Shown here: piece after piece, positions 11,422-20,323 of the stretch | How positions within the stretch are numbered: the first letter of the stretch is position 1 | Layout: each line of letters begins with the position of its first letter | NCBI GenBank assembly: GCA_963732385.1 | Contig: CAVSZB010000007.1 | Span: 608,001 to 672,000 of the forward strand | Reading direction: 5' to 3' | DNA length: 64,000 nt | From: an uncultured bacterium | Lineage (GTDB): Bacteria; Krumholzibacteriota; Krumholzibacteriia; LZORAL124-64-63 | Made by a program: the position numbers and the translations under genes | Notes under the pieces: generated by a model | The model's input: only the letters and a program-made list of their open reading frames with translations | The model's database searches: none | What the model was told of the DNA's origin: nothing

Positions 11422-13127
11422 TCAGCGGTCCAGCTCGCCGGCGATGATGTTCAGGCTGCCCAGGATCGCGATGGCGTCGGGAATCATGAGCCCCTCGATC
11501 AGACGCGTATAGCTGGAGAAGATCGGGAAGCACGGCGGCCGCACCTTCAGGCGCCAGGGGCGACCACTGCCGTCGGCGACGCAGTAGAACCCCAGTTCGC
11601 CGTTGCCCCCCTCGCCGAAGCCGTAGGCCTCGCCCGCCGGCACCCTGATCCCCTCGTAGACGAGCTTGAACTGGTTCATCATGCCTTCGATGCTGCCGTA
11701 CACCTGCTCTTTGGGCGGCAGCACCACACGCGGATCGTCTACGTTCACCGGCCCGTCGGGAATCCGCGCGAGGGCCTGGCGGATGATCCGCGCGCTCTGC
11801 CGCATCTCGGCGAAGCGGACCATGATGCGGTCGTAAGTATCGCCGTTCTCCCCCACCGGGATGTCGAAGTCGTAGTCCCCGTAGCCGAGGTACGGCGCAT
11901 GCCGTCGCACGTCGTAGGCGAGACCGGTCGAGCGCAGGCAGGGCCCGGTCCAGCCCCAGCTCAGCGCCTCCGCCGTCGAGATCGCCCCCACGCCGATGGT
12001 CCGGTCGAGGAAGATCCGGTTGCGCGCCACCAGCCCGAGCGTGTCGCGGATCCCCTCCTCCATCCGGTCGAGATGCAGCAGCACTTCCGCCGCGAAGCCG
12101 GGATAGAGATCGTGCGACAGACCGCCGATGCGCGCGTAGTTCGTGGTCAGACGCGAACCGCACAGCTGGTCGAAGATCTGGTAAATCCCCTCGCGCACGT
12201 TGTAGAGATACCAGTAGTTCGTGAGCCCCCCGAGGTCCACGATGTTGGCGGCGGAGCAGACCAGGTGATCAGTCAGCCGCGCCAACTCGCTCACGATCAC
12301 CCTGATGACGCGGCAACGCGGCGTCACCTCCACCCCGAGCATCTTCTCCACGGACTGCGCATAGATGACGTTGTTCAGCAGCGCGGAGCAGTAGTTCAGC
12401 CGGTCGGTGTACGGCATCACCTGCGCCCAGGTGTGGTCCTCCGCCTCCTTCTCGAAGCAGCGGTGCAGATAGCCGATCTCGGCCTTCGCCTGCACGACGG
12501 TCTCGCCGTCGAGCAGACACTCCACTCTCAACGCCCCGTGCGTGGCCGGGTGGCTCGGCCCGATGTTGACCGTCAGCAGGTCGGTGCCGACCTTTCCCCC
12601 CCGTCAGCGGCGATATCGGCGCGTCGTCCGGCCTGCGCGATCTCGTCGTCGCGGAACAGGTTTTCCGTCGTGACGCAGGGCTGCCCCTGCTCGATCGGAT
12701 AATCCTTCCGCAGGGGGTGCCCCTCGAATTCGTGGTGACAGAGAAGACGCCGCAGGTCGGGGTGGTTGCGGAACGGCACGCCGAAGAGGTCGTACACCTC
12801 GCGCTCGTGCCAGTCCGCGCTGTGCCACAGCGGCGTGGCCGACTCGACCGCCTCCCCCTCCGCCACCCGGACCCTGACCTTGATCCGCTGGTTGCGGGCC
12901 AGAGACCGGAGCAGATAGACGACCTCGAACCGGCGCGCGCGCTCCGGCCGGTCCACGCCGACAACGTCGAGCAGCAGTTCGCACTGCTCACGGTCGCGCA
13001 GATGACGCAGGACCGTCGGCAGATCGCCGCCCGCCACCTCCACGGTGGCGTCGCCGTGCGGCTCTCCGGCGTCCAGGATGGCCGGGCCGAACTCCTGCTG
13101 CAGTCTTTCGATCAGCTTGCGGCTCAT
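11422..13127 (-). CDS. nuoCD: NADH-quinone oxidoreductase subunit C/D, probably fused; 1-nt frameshift at the G7 run 12596-12602
   Basis: NuoC motifs (WHEREVYDLFG, HPLRKDYP) in 12573..13127. NuoD motifs (NIGPSHPATHG, GYLHRCFEK, DRLNY, IIAGELDR) lie in another frame with no ATG/GTG/TTG upstream of NIGPSH. One extra G gives a single 568-aa ORF. Confidence 0.9.
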
Positions 13128-13162
13128 GCTCTCCGTCCGGACAGTCGGGGGACGTGAAACGG

Positions 13163-13669
13163 TCAGACGCCTGACCTGCCGCCGTGCCGCTCGGCCGCCG
13201 GCGTCAGACCCTCGCGGGTCACCTTCTCCTGCAGCAGCACCAGACCGTGCAGCAGGTTCTCCGGGGTCGGCGGGCAGCCGGCGACATAGATGTCGGTGGG
13301 GATGATGTTGTCGATCCCCTGCAGAGTCGAATAGTTATTGTAGAAACCGCCGCTGCTCGCGCAGACCCCCATGGCGAGCACCCACTTCGGCTCCGCCATC
13401 TGGGCATAAACGGTCTTGAGGATCGGCGCCTGCTTGTAGGAGATGGTCCCCGCGACAATCAACAGGTCCGACTGCCGGGGCGAGAAGCGCACCAGCTCCG
13501 CGCCAAAGCGACTGATGTCATTGTACGACGAGACGGTGCTCATGAATTCGATGGCGCAGCAGGCCGTGCCGAACGGCAGCGGCCAGAGCGAGTACTTCCG
13601 CCCCCAGTTGACCGCCTGGCGCAGGCGGGTGGTCAGGAAGCCGCTGGGGGTTTCCAGTTCTACTGCCAC
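13163..13669 (-). CDS. nuoB: NADH-quinone oxidoreductase subunit B
   Basis: FGTACCAIE, SPRQSDLLIVAGT, MGVCASSGG, YVAGCPP. Confidence 0.96.
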   Translation of the reverse strand: MAVELETPSGFLTTRLRQAVNWGRKYSLWPLPFGTACCAIEFMSTVSSYNDISRFGAELVRFSPRQSDLLIVAGTISYKQAPILKTVYAQMAEPKWVLAMGVCASSGGFYNNYSTLQGIDNIIPTDIYVAGCPPTPENLLHGLVLLQEKVTREGLTPAAERHGGRSGV

Positions 13670-14037
13670 TCGAGCCCCCCCTTGCGCCACACGTAGGCAT
13701 ACCCGGCCAGCAGAACGATCAGGAACACCGCCATCTCGCCGAGCGCGAACAGGGCGCGCCCATCGGCAAGGAACGAGCGATACAGGATCACCCAGGGATA
13801 AAGAAAGACCGCCTCGAGATCGAACAGCAGAAACAGCAGGGCGATCAGGAAAAAGCGGACGAAAAAACGGATCTCTGTGGAACCCCGCGGGGGGACGCCA
13901 CACTCGTAGGTGGTCGTCTTCAGAGGGGACGGGTGCTGAGGTCCCAGAGCGCGGCTGAGCCACAAAAACGTCATCGCGAAGAGGGCGGCGATGCCCACCA
14001 CCATCATCACGGGAATCAGATTTGCGGCCATCTTCAT
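13660..14037 (-). CDS. nuoA: NADH-quinone oxidoreductase subunit A
   Basis: YECG, FLLFDLEAVFLYPW, YVWRKGGLEW. Confidence 0.96.
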   Translation of the reverse strand: MKMAANLIPVMMVVGIAALFAMTFLWLSRALGPQHPSPLKTTTYECGVPPRGSTEIRFFVRFFLIALLFLLFDLEAVFLYPWVILYRSFLADGRALFALGEMAVFLIVLLAGYAYVWRKGGLEWQ

Positions 14038-14139
14038 CCTCCCCCCGCCACCCCTGGAGCGCGGCGCCGCGTACCTTAACCGATCGTCCCCGCAACGGCC
14101 AAGCCCATTTCCGCGGTCATCGCGCCGCTCAGAAATGGA

Positions 14140-14167
14140 AACATAGGCGGTTTCAGAGGGCTGTCAA
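14140..14167 (-). promoter_or_regulatory. Putative sigma70 promoter of the nuo operon
   Basis: TTGACA-N16-TATGTT about 100 nt upstream of nuoA. Confidence 0.55.
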
Positions 14168-14289
14168 AAAACTCATGGCCGATCCTGGGTGATAGAATCG
14201 GGACCAGCCCGGGGTGAAAACCTGACCACGGCGCGACCCGCGTGTGCTCCCACGCCCCGCTAAGACCCCATTTTTCGCACTTTTCACGA

Positions 14290-14305
14290 AGGCACGACGG
14301 TTGCC
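14290..14305 (+). promoter_or_regulatory. Putative sigma54 (-24/-12) promoter of the TPR gene
   Basis: AGGCACGACGGTTGCC has GG-N10-GC spacing and is near the consensus TGGCACG-N4-TTGC. Confidence 0.55.
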
Positions 14306-14377
14306 AAACCGGGTCCGGTCACCGCAACGCTCAGGCGTTGGCAGGGCCGAACCCGTTCACTCGGACAGAGGAGAAGG

Positions 14378-15124
14378 ATGATGTCGGAACAAACGGTCCA
14401 GGCCCCGCTGCAGCAGGCCACCCCCGAAGCGATCGTCGACCTGGTGCAGGCCGGCAAGCAGGCCCTGGCCAATGGCGATCTCGAAGGTGCGCTGGCACTT
14501 TTCGAAAAGGTCATTCACTGCTTTCCGGACAGCCGGGAAGGGCACAACAACCTGGGCGCCCTGTTCGCCACGCTTGGCCGCCACGAACAGGCGGAAACCT
14601 GCTTCACGCGGGTGCTGGAACTCTCCCCAGGCATACCGAACGTGCACTACAACCGCGGCGTCTCCCGCATCCGTCTGCGCAACTACGCCGCGGCTGCTGC
14701 CGACTTTCAGGCCGTGCTGCAGATCCAGCCGACCGACGCCGACAGCTGGAACAATCTCGGCGTGGCGCACTTCCTCCAGGGCGATCACGCCACCGCCGCG
14801 GCCAACTTCCGCCAGGCGCTCGCGCTGACCCCCAATTACCCGAGCGCCGTGCTCAACCTGGCCGACGCCGAAACCGCTCGCGGCCAGTCGGACGCAGCCA
14901 TCGCCGCCTGCGAGAGCTTCCTCAACGGACGCTCCGATCCGGAAGTCGGGCGTCGGCTGGTCACGCTGCTGAGCGACCAGGCGGACAGCCTGCTCGGCCG
15001 GGCCGCCACCGCCGCACAGACTCTGCTCGCGACGCACGGCGACGACGAGCCGACACGCGAATCGCTCGCCAGGGCCGACGCGGCGCGCGGCGCCCTGCTG
15101 GCGGCCAACGACTCGACCGTCTGA
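14378..15124 (+). CDS. Tetratricopeptide repeat protein
   Basis: Repeated TPR patterns (GHNNLGALFATLG, VHYNRG, SWNNLGVAHFLQG, AVLNLA); GAGGAG RBS. Confidence 0.9.
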   Translation: MMSEQTVQAPLQQATPEAIVDLVQAGKQALANGDLEGALALFEKVIHCFPDSREGHNNLGALFATLGRHEQAETCFTRVLELSPGIPNVHYNRGVSRIRLRNYAAAAADFQAVLQIQPTDADSWNNLGVAHFLQGDHATAAANFRQALALTPNYPSAVLNLADAETARGQSDAAIAACESFLNGRSDPEVGRRLVTLLSDQADSLLGRAATAAQTLLATHGDDEPTRESLARADAARGALLAANDSTV

Positions 15125-15218
15125 GCGCAGGGCTCGCCTGCGCTTCGCCGGACCTTGCCCCGCCCGGGGTGGCGGGGTATGTTGGGGCCCTCCCTTGCCG
15201 CATACGGAGGGCCTGCCG

Positions 15219-16103
15219 ATGGTGGTCTATCTGAACGGTGCCTTTATCGAGGCTGCGGACGCACGGGTCTCCCTTTTCGATGGCGGCTATCTCTACGGGG
15301 ACGGACTCTACGAAACCCTCCGACTCTACTCCGGCCGCCCCTTCGACCTTGACGGACATCTCGCCCGCCTGACGCGCGAACTGGCGTTGCTGGGCTACGC
15401 CTGGCGTCCCGACGCCGCCTCCATCGGCGCGATCTTCACGGAACTGGCGACACGCAACGGTCTGCTGGGGGTCGACGCCCGCGCCCGCCTCACCATCAGC
15501 CGGGGCGGTTCGCCGGACAACCCCCTCCCTCTCGAGCCGGAGGCCGACGTTCCCGCCACGGTTTCCGCCTGGACGCTGCCGCTCGCCGCGGACCTGATCG
15601 CCTGGCAGAAGAACGGGGTGGCGGTGTGCGTGATGAAATCACCCTTCGCGCGCGGCAACTTCCCACAGCTCAAGACCCTCAACACCCTGCCGCCGGTGAT
15701 GGCCCTCCGCTTCGCGCACGGCGAAGGGTGCCAGGAGGCTATCCTCGTCGACCGGCAGGGCAAGCTGCTGGAAGGGGCCGGCAGCAACCTGTTCCTGGTC
15801 CACGGCGACCGGCTGACCACACCGCCGGTCCGGCTCGGCCTGCTGGCCGGCCGCACGCGCGCTCTGGTCCTGCGCCTCGCCACGGACGCCGGGCTGGACG
15901 TGTCCGAAGCAGCCTGCGATCGGCGCGACCTGCTGACCGCCGGCGAGGCGTTCCTGAGCGGCTCGGTGAAGGAAATCGTGCCGATCGTGAGCGCGGACGG
16001 GCGGGCGATCGGCAACGGCCGGCCCGGTCCACTCACACAGGACCTCCAGCAACGATATCGACGGGCCGTCGTCGAGAGTCTGGCGGCGACGACTGAACGC
16101 TGA
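15219..16103 (+). CDS. PLP-dependent class IV aminotransferase (IlvE/D-amino acid aminotransferase/PabC family)
   Basis: GYLYGDGLYETLR, HLARL, catalytic LKTLN, LEGAGSNLF, LAGRTR. Confidence 0.9.
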   Translation: MVVYLNGAFIEAADARVSLFDGGYLYGDGLYETLRLYSGRPFDLDGHLARLTRELALLGYAWRPDAASIGAIFTELATRNGLLGVDARARLTISRGGSPDNPLPLEPEADVPATVSAWTLPLAADLIAWQKNGVAVCVMKSPFARGNFPQLKTLNTLPPVMALRFAHGEGCQEAILVDRQGKLLEGAGSNLFLVHGDRLTTPPVRLGLLAGRTRALVLRLATDAGLDVSEAACDRRDLLTAGEAFLSGSVKEIVPIVSADGRAIGNGRPGPLTQDLQQRYRRAVVESLAATTER

Positions 16104-16226
16104 AGCACGCCGGTGCTGGCCAACGCCACGCCCGTCGGCTATCTTCACCCCGCCCATTCCGGTCGCCGCTGCGGCGGACCGTTGCCTGGACACGCCCCGC
16201 GCACCACCCACAGGAGTCCGTGAACC

Positions 16227-17939
16227 ATGAAGCAGCTCGTCGAATGCGTGCCCAACATCAGCGAGGGACGCGATCGCGCCATCATCGATGCTGTTTGCGC
16301 CGTGATCGCCGAGGTCGAGGGAGTTTCCCTCCTCGACGTGGATCCGGGGCGGGACACGAACCGCACGGTCATCACCTTCATCGGCCCGCCGGCGGCCGTG
16401 GCCGACGCGGCCTTCCGCGTGGTGGCCCGCGCCGCGCAACTGATCGACATGTCCCGCCACTCTGGCGCCCATCCGCGCCACGGCGCCACCGACGTCGTGC
16501 CGTTCGTGCCGGTGACCGGCGTGAGCATGGAAGACTGCATCTCGCTCGCGCGCGGCGTGGGCGAGCGGATCGGCGCCGAACTCGGCATCCCGGTCTATCT
16601 GTACGAGGAGGCCGCGCTGCGACCGGAGCGACGCAACCTGGCCCACTGCCGCCAGGGCGAGTACGAGGCTCTGCCCCGGAAGCTGGGGCGCCCGGAATGG
16701 ACGCCCGATCACGGCCCGGACGCCTGGGGCCCCGCCGTGGCGCGCAGCGGCGCCACGAACGTCGGGGCGCGACAGTTCCTCGTCGCCTACAATGTGAATC
16801 TGAACTCGCGCGCGAAAAGGATCGCCAGCGACATCGCGCTCGACGTGCGCGAACAGGGCCGGGCGCAGCGTGATGCCGAAGGCAAAATCGTCAAGGGCCC
16901 CGACGGCCAGAACGTGATGATTCCCGGCACGCTCCCGGCCGTGAAGGCCGTCGGCTGGACGATTCCCGAGTACGACCGCGCGCAGATCAGCATCAATCTC
17001 GTCAACCTTTCGCTCACCCAGCCCCACGAGGCATTCGACGAAGTGTGCCGCCAGGCCGAGCGCCGCGGCGTGCGCGTGACCGGCAGCGAACTGGTCGGCC
17101 TGGTTCCGCTGCAGTCGCTGCTCGTGGCGGGACGCCACTATCTCCGCCGCGCCGGCGAGTCGGCCGGCGTCCCGCGGCGCCAGCTCATCGAGACGGCGAT
17201 CCAGAGCCTCGGTCTGCGCGAACTCGGGCCGTTCGATCCGGAGCAGAAGATCATCGAGTCGCGCGCCGGCGTGGGTGACGGCCGCCTGGTGAAGCTGACG
17301 AACCGCGAATTCGTCGATGAGCTTTCGACCGACTCCCCCGCCCCCGGGGGCGGCTCGGTGGCCGCGCTCTGCGGCGCGCAGGCGGCGGCGCTCGCCGCCA
17401 TGGTCTGCAACCTGACCGTCGGGCGGAAGGGGTACGAGGCCGTCCAGGAGCGGGTGAAGGATTTGGCCGAGACCTGCCAGGCGGACAAGGACGCCTTGCT
17501 CGCCGCGATCGACGACGACACTGACGCCTTCAACCGCGTGATGGACGCCATGCGCCTGCCCAAGGCCTCCCCCGAGCAGCAGCGCGCGCGCGATCTCGCC
17601 ACCGCCGCCGCCACCCGCGACGCGACCCGCGTGCCGCTCGCCGTGCTCGAGCGCGCGCCCGATGTCCTGGCGAGAGTGGCCGAAATCGCCGCGATCGGCA
17701 ACGCCAACTCCCTCTCCGATGCCGGGGTCGCGGCGCTCACCGCCCTCGCCGCCGCGGAGGGCGCCTGGTATAATGTGCTGATCAACCTCGGCGCGCTGGC
17801 CCTGCTCCCCACCGACGCGGAGCCCGATTTCGCCGCCGCCGCGCGCGCGCGCGGCGCCACCGCCCTCGCTTCAGCCACCCGCACCGCCGCTGAGGTGCGC
17901 GCGACCGTACGCGGACGACTCGAAGCCGCGCTCGGCTGA
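16227..17939 (+). CDS. ftcd: Bifunctional glutamate formimidoyltransferase / formiminotetrahydrofolate cyclodeaminase
   Basis: LVECVPNISEGR, NRTVIT, HPRHGATDVVPFVP, LVAYNVNL; C-terminal cyclodeaminase SPAPGGGSVAA, SDAGVA, NVLINL. Confidence 0.93.
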   Translation: MKQLVECVPNISEGRDRAIIDAVCAVIAEVEGVSLLDVDPGRDTNRTVITFIGPPAAVADAAFRVVARAAQLIDMSRHSGAHPRHGATDVVPFVPVTGVSMEDCISLARGVGERIGAELGIPVYLYEEAALRPERRNLAHCRQGEYEALPRKLGRPEWTPDHGPDAWGPAVARSGATNVGARQFLVAYNVNLNSRAKRIASDIALDVREQGRAQRDAEGKIVKGPDGQNVMIPGTLPAVKAVGWTIPEYDRAQISINLVNLSLTQPHEAFDEVCRQAERRGVRVTGSELVGLVPLQSLLVAGRHYLRRAGESAGVPRRQLIETAIQSLGLRELGPFDPEQKIIESRAGVGDGRLVKLTNREFVDELSTDSPAPGGGSVAALCGAQAAALAAMVCNLTVGRKGYEAVQERVKDLAETCQADKDALLAAIDDDTDAFNRVMDAMRLPKASPEQQRARDLATAAATRDATRVPLAVLERAPDVLARVAEIAAIGNANSLSDAGVAALTALAAAEGAWYNVLINLGALALLPTDAEPDFAAAARARGATALASATRTAAEVRATVRGRLEAALG

Positions 17940-17964
17940 CGGCCAGCGTCTCCCGGGAGACGCC

Positions 17965-17994
17965 TTGACCGGACCCCGTGGGCAGCCCTAACGT
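17965..17994 (+). promoter_or_regulatory. Putative sigma70 promoter of the MFS gene
   Basis: TTGACC-N18-TAACGT, immediately preceded by a perfect 18-bp palindrome (17946-17963). Confidence 0.5.
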
Positions 17995-18084
17995 GCGAGT
18001 TCCGCCCCTGCCGTCGCCCGGCGGGGCGGGCACCGGGTCCGCGGGATCGCGGCCCGCCCCCTGCAAACCGGAGGTGCGCAGACC

Positions 18085-19488
18085 ATGTCCACAGGACCAG
18101 CCGCGGCGCCCGAGCAGCGCAGCCCCTGGCGGGAGATCGTCCAGCCGTTCATCGATCTGGTGCACGCGCCGCGCGCCCTGATGGGCGTGAACGTGTCGTA
18201 CTTCGTGGAGGGCTTCTGCTACTTCGGCGTGCTCGGTTATCTGGCGATGTACTTCAACCGGCACGTCGGGCTGACCGACGTCCAGGCCGGCCCCATGGTG
18301 GGGGTGCTCACCTGGGGCATCACCCTGTCGATGTTCTTCTTCGGCGGGCTCGCCGACAAGTGGGGCATCCGCACCGCCCTGCTGGCGGCGCTGGTGCTGA
18401 TGGTGGCGGGGCGGGTGCTGCTGGCCGGCGGCCCCACGTTCGGCCTGCCGGCGGCCGGAATGTGGTCGTCGGTCCACCTGGTGGCGCTGCTGGGCATCCT
18501 GTTCATCGTGCTCGGCTACGGCATGTATCAGCCGGCCGCCTACGCGGCGGTGCGTCATTTCACGACCGCCAAGACGGCCGGCATGGGCTACGCCATGCTC
18601 TACGCCCTGATGAACCTGGGCGGCTGGCTCCCCACCTTCTTCTCGCCGGTGCGCAACGCGATCGGCATTCCCGGCGCGTTCTGGGTCTACGTCGGCTTCA
18701 CCGTGATCGGACTGACGCTCACCTTCGTCCTGCTGACGCGCAAGGTGGTCGCCGACGCGACCGCCAAGGCCCGCGCCGAGCGCGCCCTCGAGGAGGGGGG
18801 AACACCCGCCGCCAAGCCGGGCCCCGCCGCGCCGAAGCAGCCGTTCACCCTCGGCCGCTGGCTGCGCTCCCACCCGATGGCCGACCCCAAGTTCGCCTTC
18901 TTCATCTTCTGTCTGATCCCGGTGCAGACGCTGTTCGCCCACAATTGGCTCACGCTGCCGATGTACGTGGAGCGCGCGTACCGCGTGAGCTGGCCGTGGA
19001 TCAGCAAGAACTTCGAACCGGCGGTCAATTTCAACCCGCTGCTGATCTTCATCCTGGTTCCGATCGTCACCGCGCTCACGCAGCGGACGAAGGTCTACAA
19101 GATGATGATCCTCGGCACTGCGGTGATGGCCTCGCCCACCTTCCTGCTCGCCCTCGGCCCCACCCCGGTCACGCTGGTGGCCTACCTGATCATCATGACG
19201 ATCGGCGAGGCGATGTGGCAGCCGCGCTTCCTGCAGTACGCTGCGGAAATCGCCCCCGAGGGGCGCACCGGCGCCTACATGGGCGTGGCGCAGTTCCCCT
19301 GGTTCATGACCAAGATGATCACCAGCCTCTACTCCGGCTGGTTCCTGCAGCGCTACTGCCCGGAGAGCGGCCCGCAGAACACGCAGCTGATGTGGCTGGT
19401 CTACGGCGCGATCGCCGTGACTTCGCCCCTGATGCTGCTGATGGCGCGCAACTGGCTGGGGAAGGACTTCAAGACGAAGGCCGCCTGA
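18085..19488 (+). CDS. MFS transporter (POT/PTR-like peptide transporter)
   Basis: About 12 hydrophobic segments; GGLADKWG motif A, YALMNLG, NPLLI, TIGEAMWQPR, APEGRTGAYMG. Confidence 0.88.
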   Translation: MSTGPAAAPEQRSPWREIVQPFIDLVHAPRALMGVNVSYFVEGFCYFGVLGYLAMYFNRHVGLTDVQAGPMVGVLTWGITLSMFFFGGLADKWGIRTALLAALVLMVAGRVLLAGGPTFGLPAAGMWSSVHLVALLGILFIVLGYGMYQPAAYAAVRHFTTAKTAGMGYAMLYALMNLGGWLPTFFSPVRNAIGIPGAFWVYVGFTVIGLTLTFVLLTRKVVADATAKARAERALEEGGTPAAKPGPAAPKQPFTLGRWLRSHPMADPKFAFFIFCLIPVQTLFAHNWLTLPMYVERAYRVSWPWISKNFEPAVNFNPLLIFILVPIVTALTQRTKVYKMMILGTAVMASPTFLLALGPTPVTLVAYLIIMTIGEAMWQPRFLQYAAEIAPEGRTGAYMGVAQFPWFMTKMITSLYSGWFLQRYCPESGPQNTQLMWLVYGAIAVTSPLMLLMARNWLGKDFKTKAA

Positions 19489-19494
19489 AAATTT

Positions 19495-20295
19495 TCAGAC
19501 GCCCGGCTCACCCGCGTCGCCCCCGGCCCCCCGCGGTCCGGGGGCGATGCCGTCGATGCCCCCGCCCACTGTCGTTACCTGCGCCAGGTCACGCGCTACG
19601 CGCTCCTTGCGCTCGGCGTACCCGTAGTACTTGCGGTCATGGTAATACGGCAGGACCTCGGAGAAATTGTTCGCCACCACGCCGAGGATGTTGGCGCCGA
19701 CCCCCTGCAGGATCTGCGCCCCGCGCAGGACAATGTCCCGCGGCGTACGCCCCACCATGACCAGATAGATGACCCCGTCCACCGCGTCCACGTACTGCAG
19801 CGGATCACTGACCGGCACGACCGGCGGACTGTCGAGCACCACGATGTCGTACTCCCGCTTCCAGTACTCGACGGCCGCGTGGACCGCCTCCGCGCCGAGC
19901 AGCCGGCTGGTGTCATCGGCGCCATCGCCAGCCGGCAGGAGATCGAGATTCGGCAGCGCCGAGCGGCGGGGCGCGACCGTCTCACCCCGCAACTGCTCGC
20001 TGAAACCGGGGCCCCGCGGCACCTGGTAGACCACATGCTGAACCGGCCGGCGCAGATCGCCGTCCACCAGCAGCACCCGCTTTTTCATGTGGTGCGCCAG
20101 CACGAGGGCAAAGTGCGAACTGAACAGGCTCTTGCCCTCGCCACGCTGGGCGCTGGTCACCATCAGGCAGCGCCGACGCTCGAAATCGACACTCCGTCCG
20201 AGCCGGATCATGATGCGTCGCAGTTCGATCGCCAGCGGCGACTCGATGTCGAAAAGACGATTGCGGTTCTGCTCCCTGGAGCTCTGGTCCCTCAT
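19495..20295 (-). CDS. CpsD/CapB-family bacterial tyrosine kinase
   Basis: Walker A TSAQRGEGKS, A' LLVDGDLRRP, B VVLDSPP; C-terminal Tyr cluster YYHDRKYYGY. Confidence 0.92.
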   Translation of the reverse strand: MRDQSSREQNRNRLFDIESPLAIELRRIMIRLGRSVDFERRRCLMVTSAQRGEGKSLFSSHFALVLAHHMKKRVLLVDGDLRRPVQHVVYQVPRGPGFSEQLRGETVAPRRSALPNLDLLPAGDGADDTSRLLGAEAVHAAVEYWKREYDIVVLDSPPVVPVSDPLQYVDAVDGVIYLVMVGRTPRDIVLRGAQILQGVGANILGVVANNFSEVLPYYHDRKYYGYAERKERVARDLAQVTTVGGGIDGIAPGPRGAGGDAGEPGV

Positions 20296-20323
20296 CGCCC
20301 GCCCTTTCCGTCGCCGACCGCGG

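Noticed and set aside
12592..12598. GGGAAAG heptamer (lambda G-T type slippery site) as a programmed -1 frameshift in nuoCD
   Set aside because: The heptamer is phased G_GGA_AAG in the NuoD frame, not the NuoC frame, so canonical tandem slippage would not link C to D.
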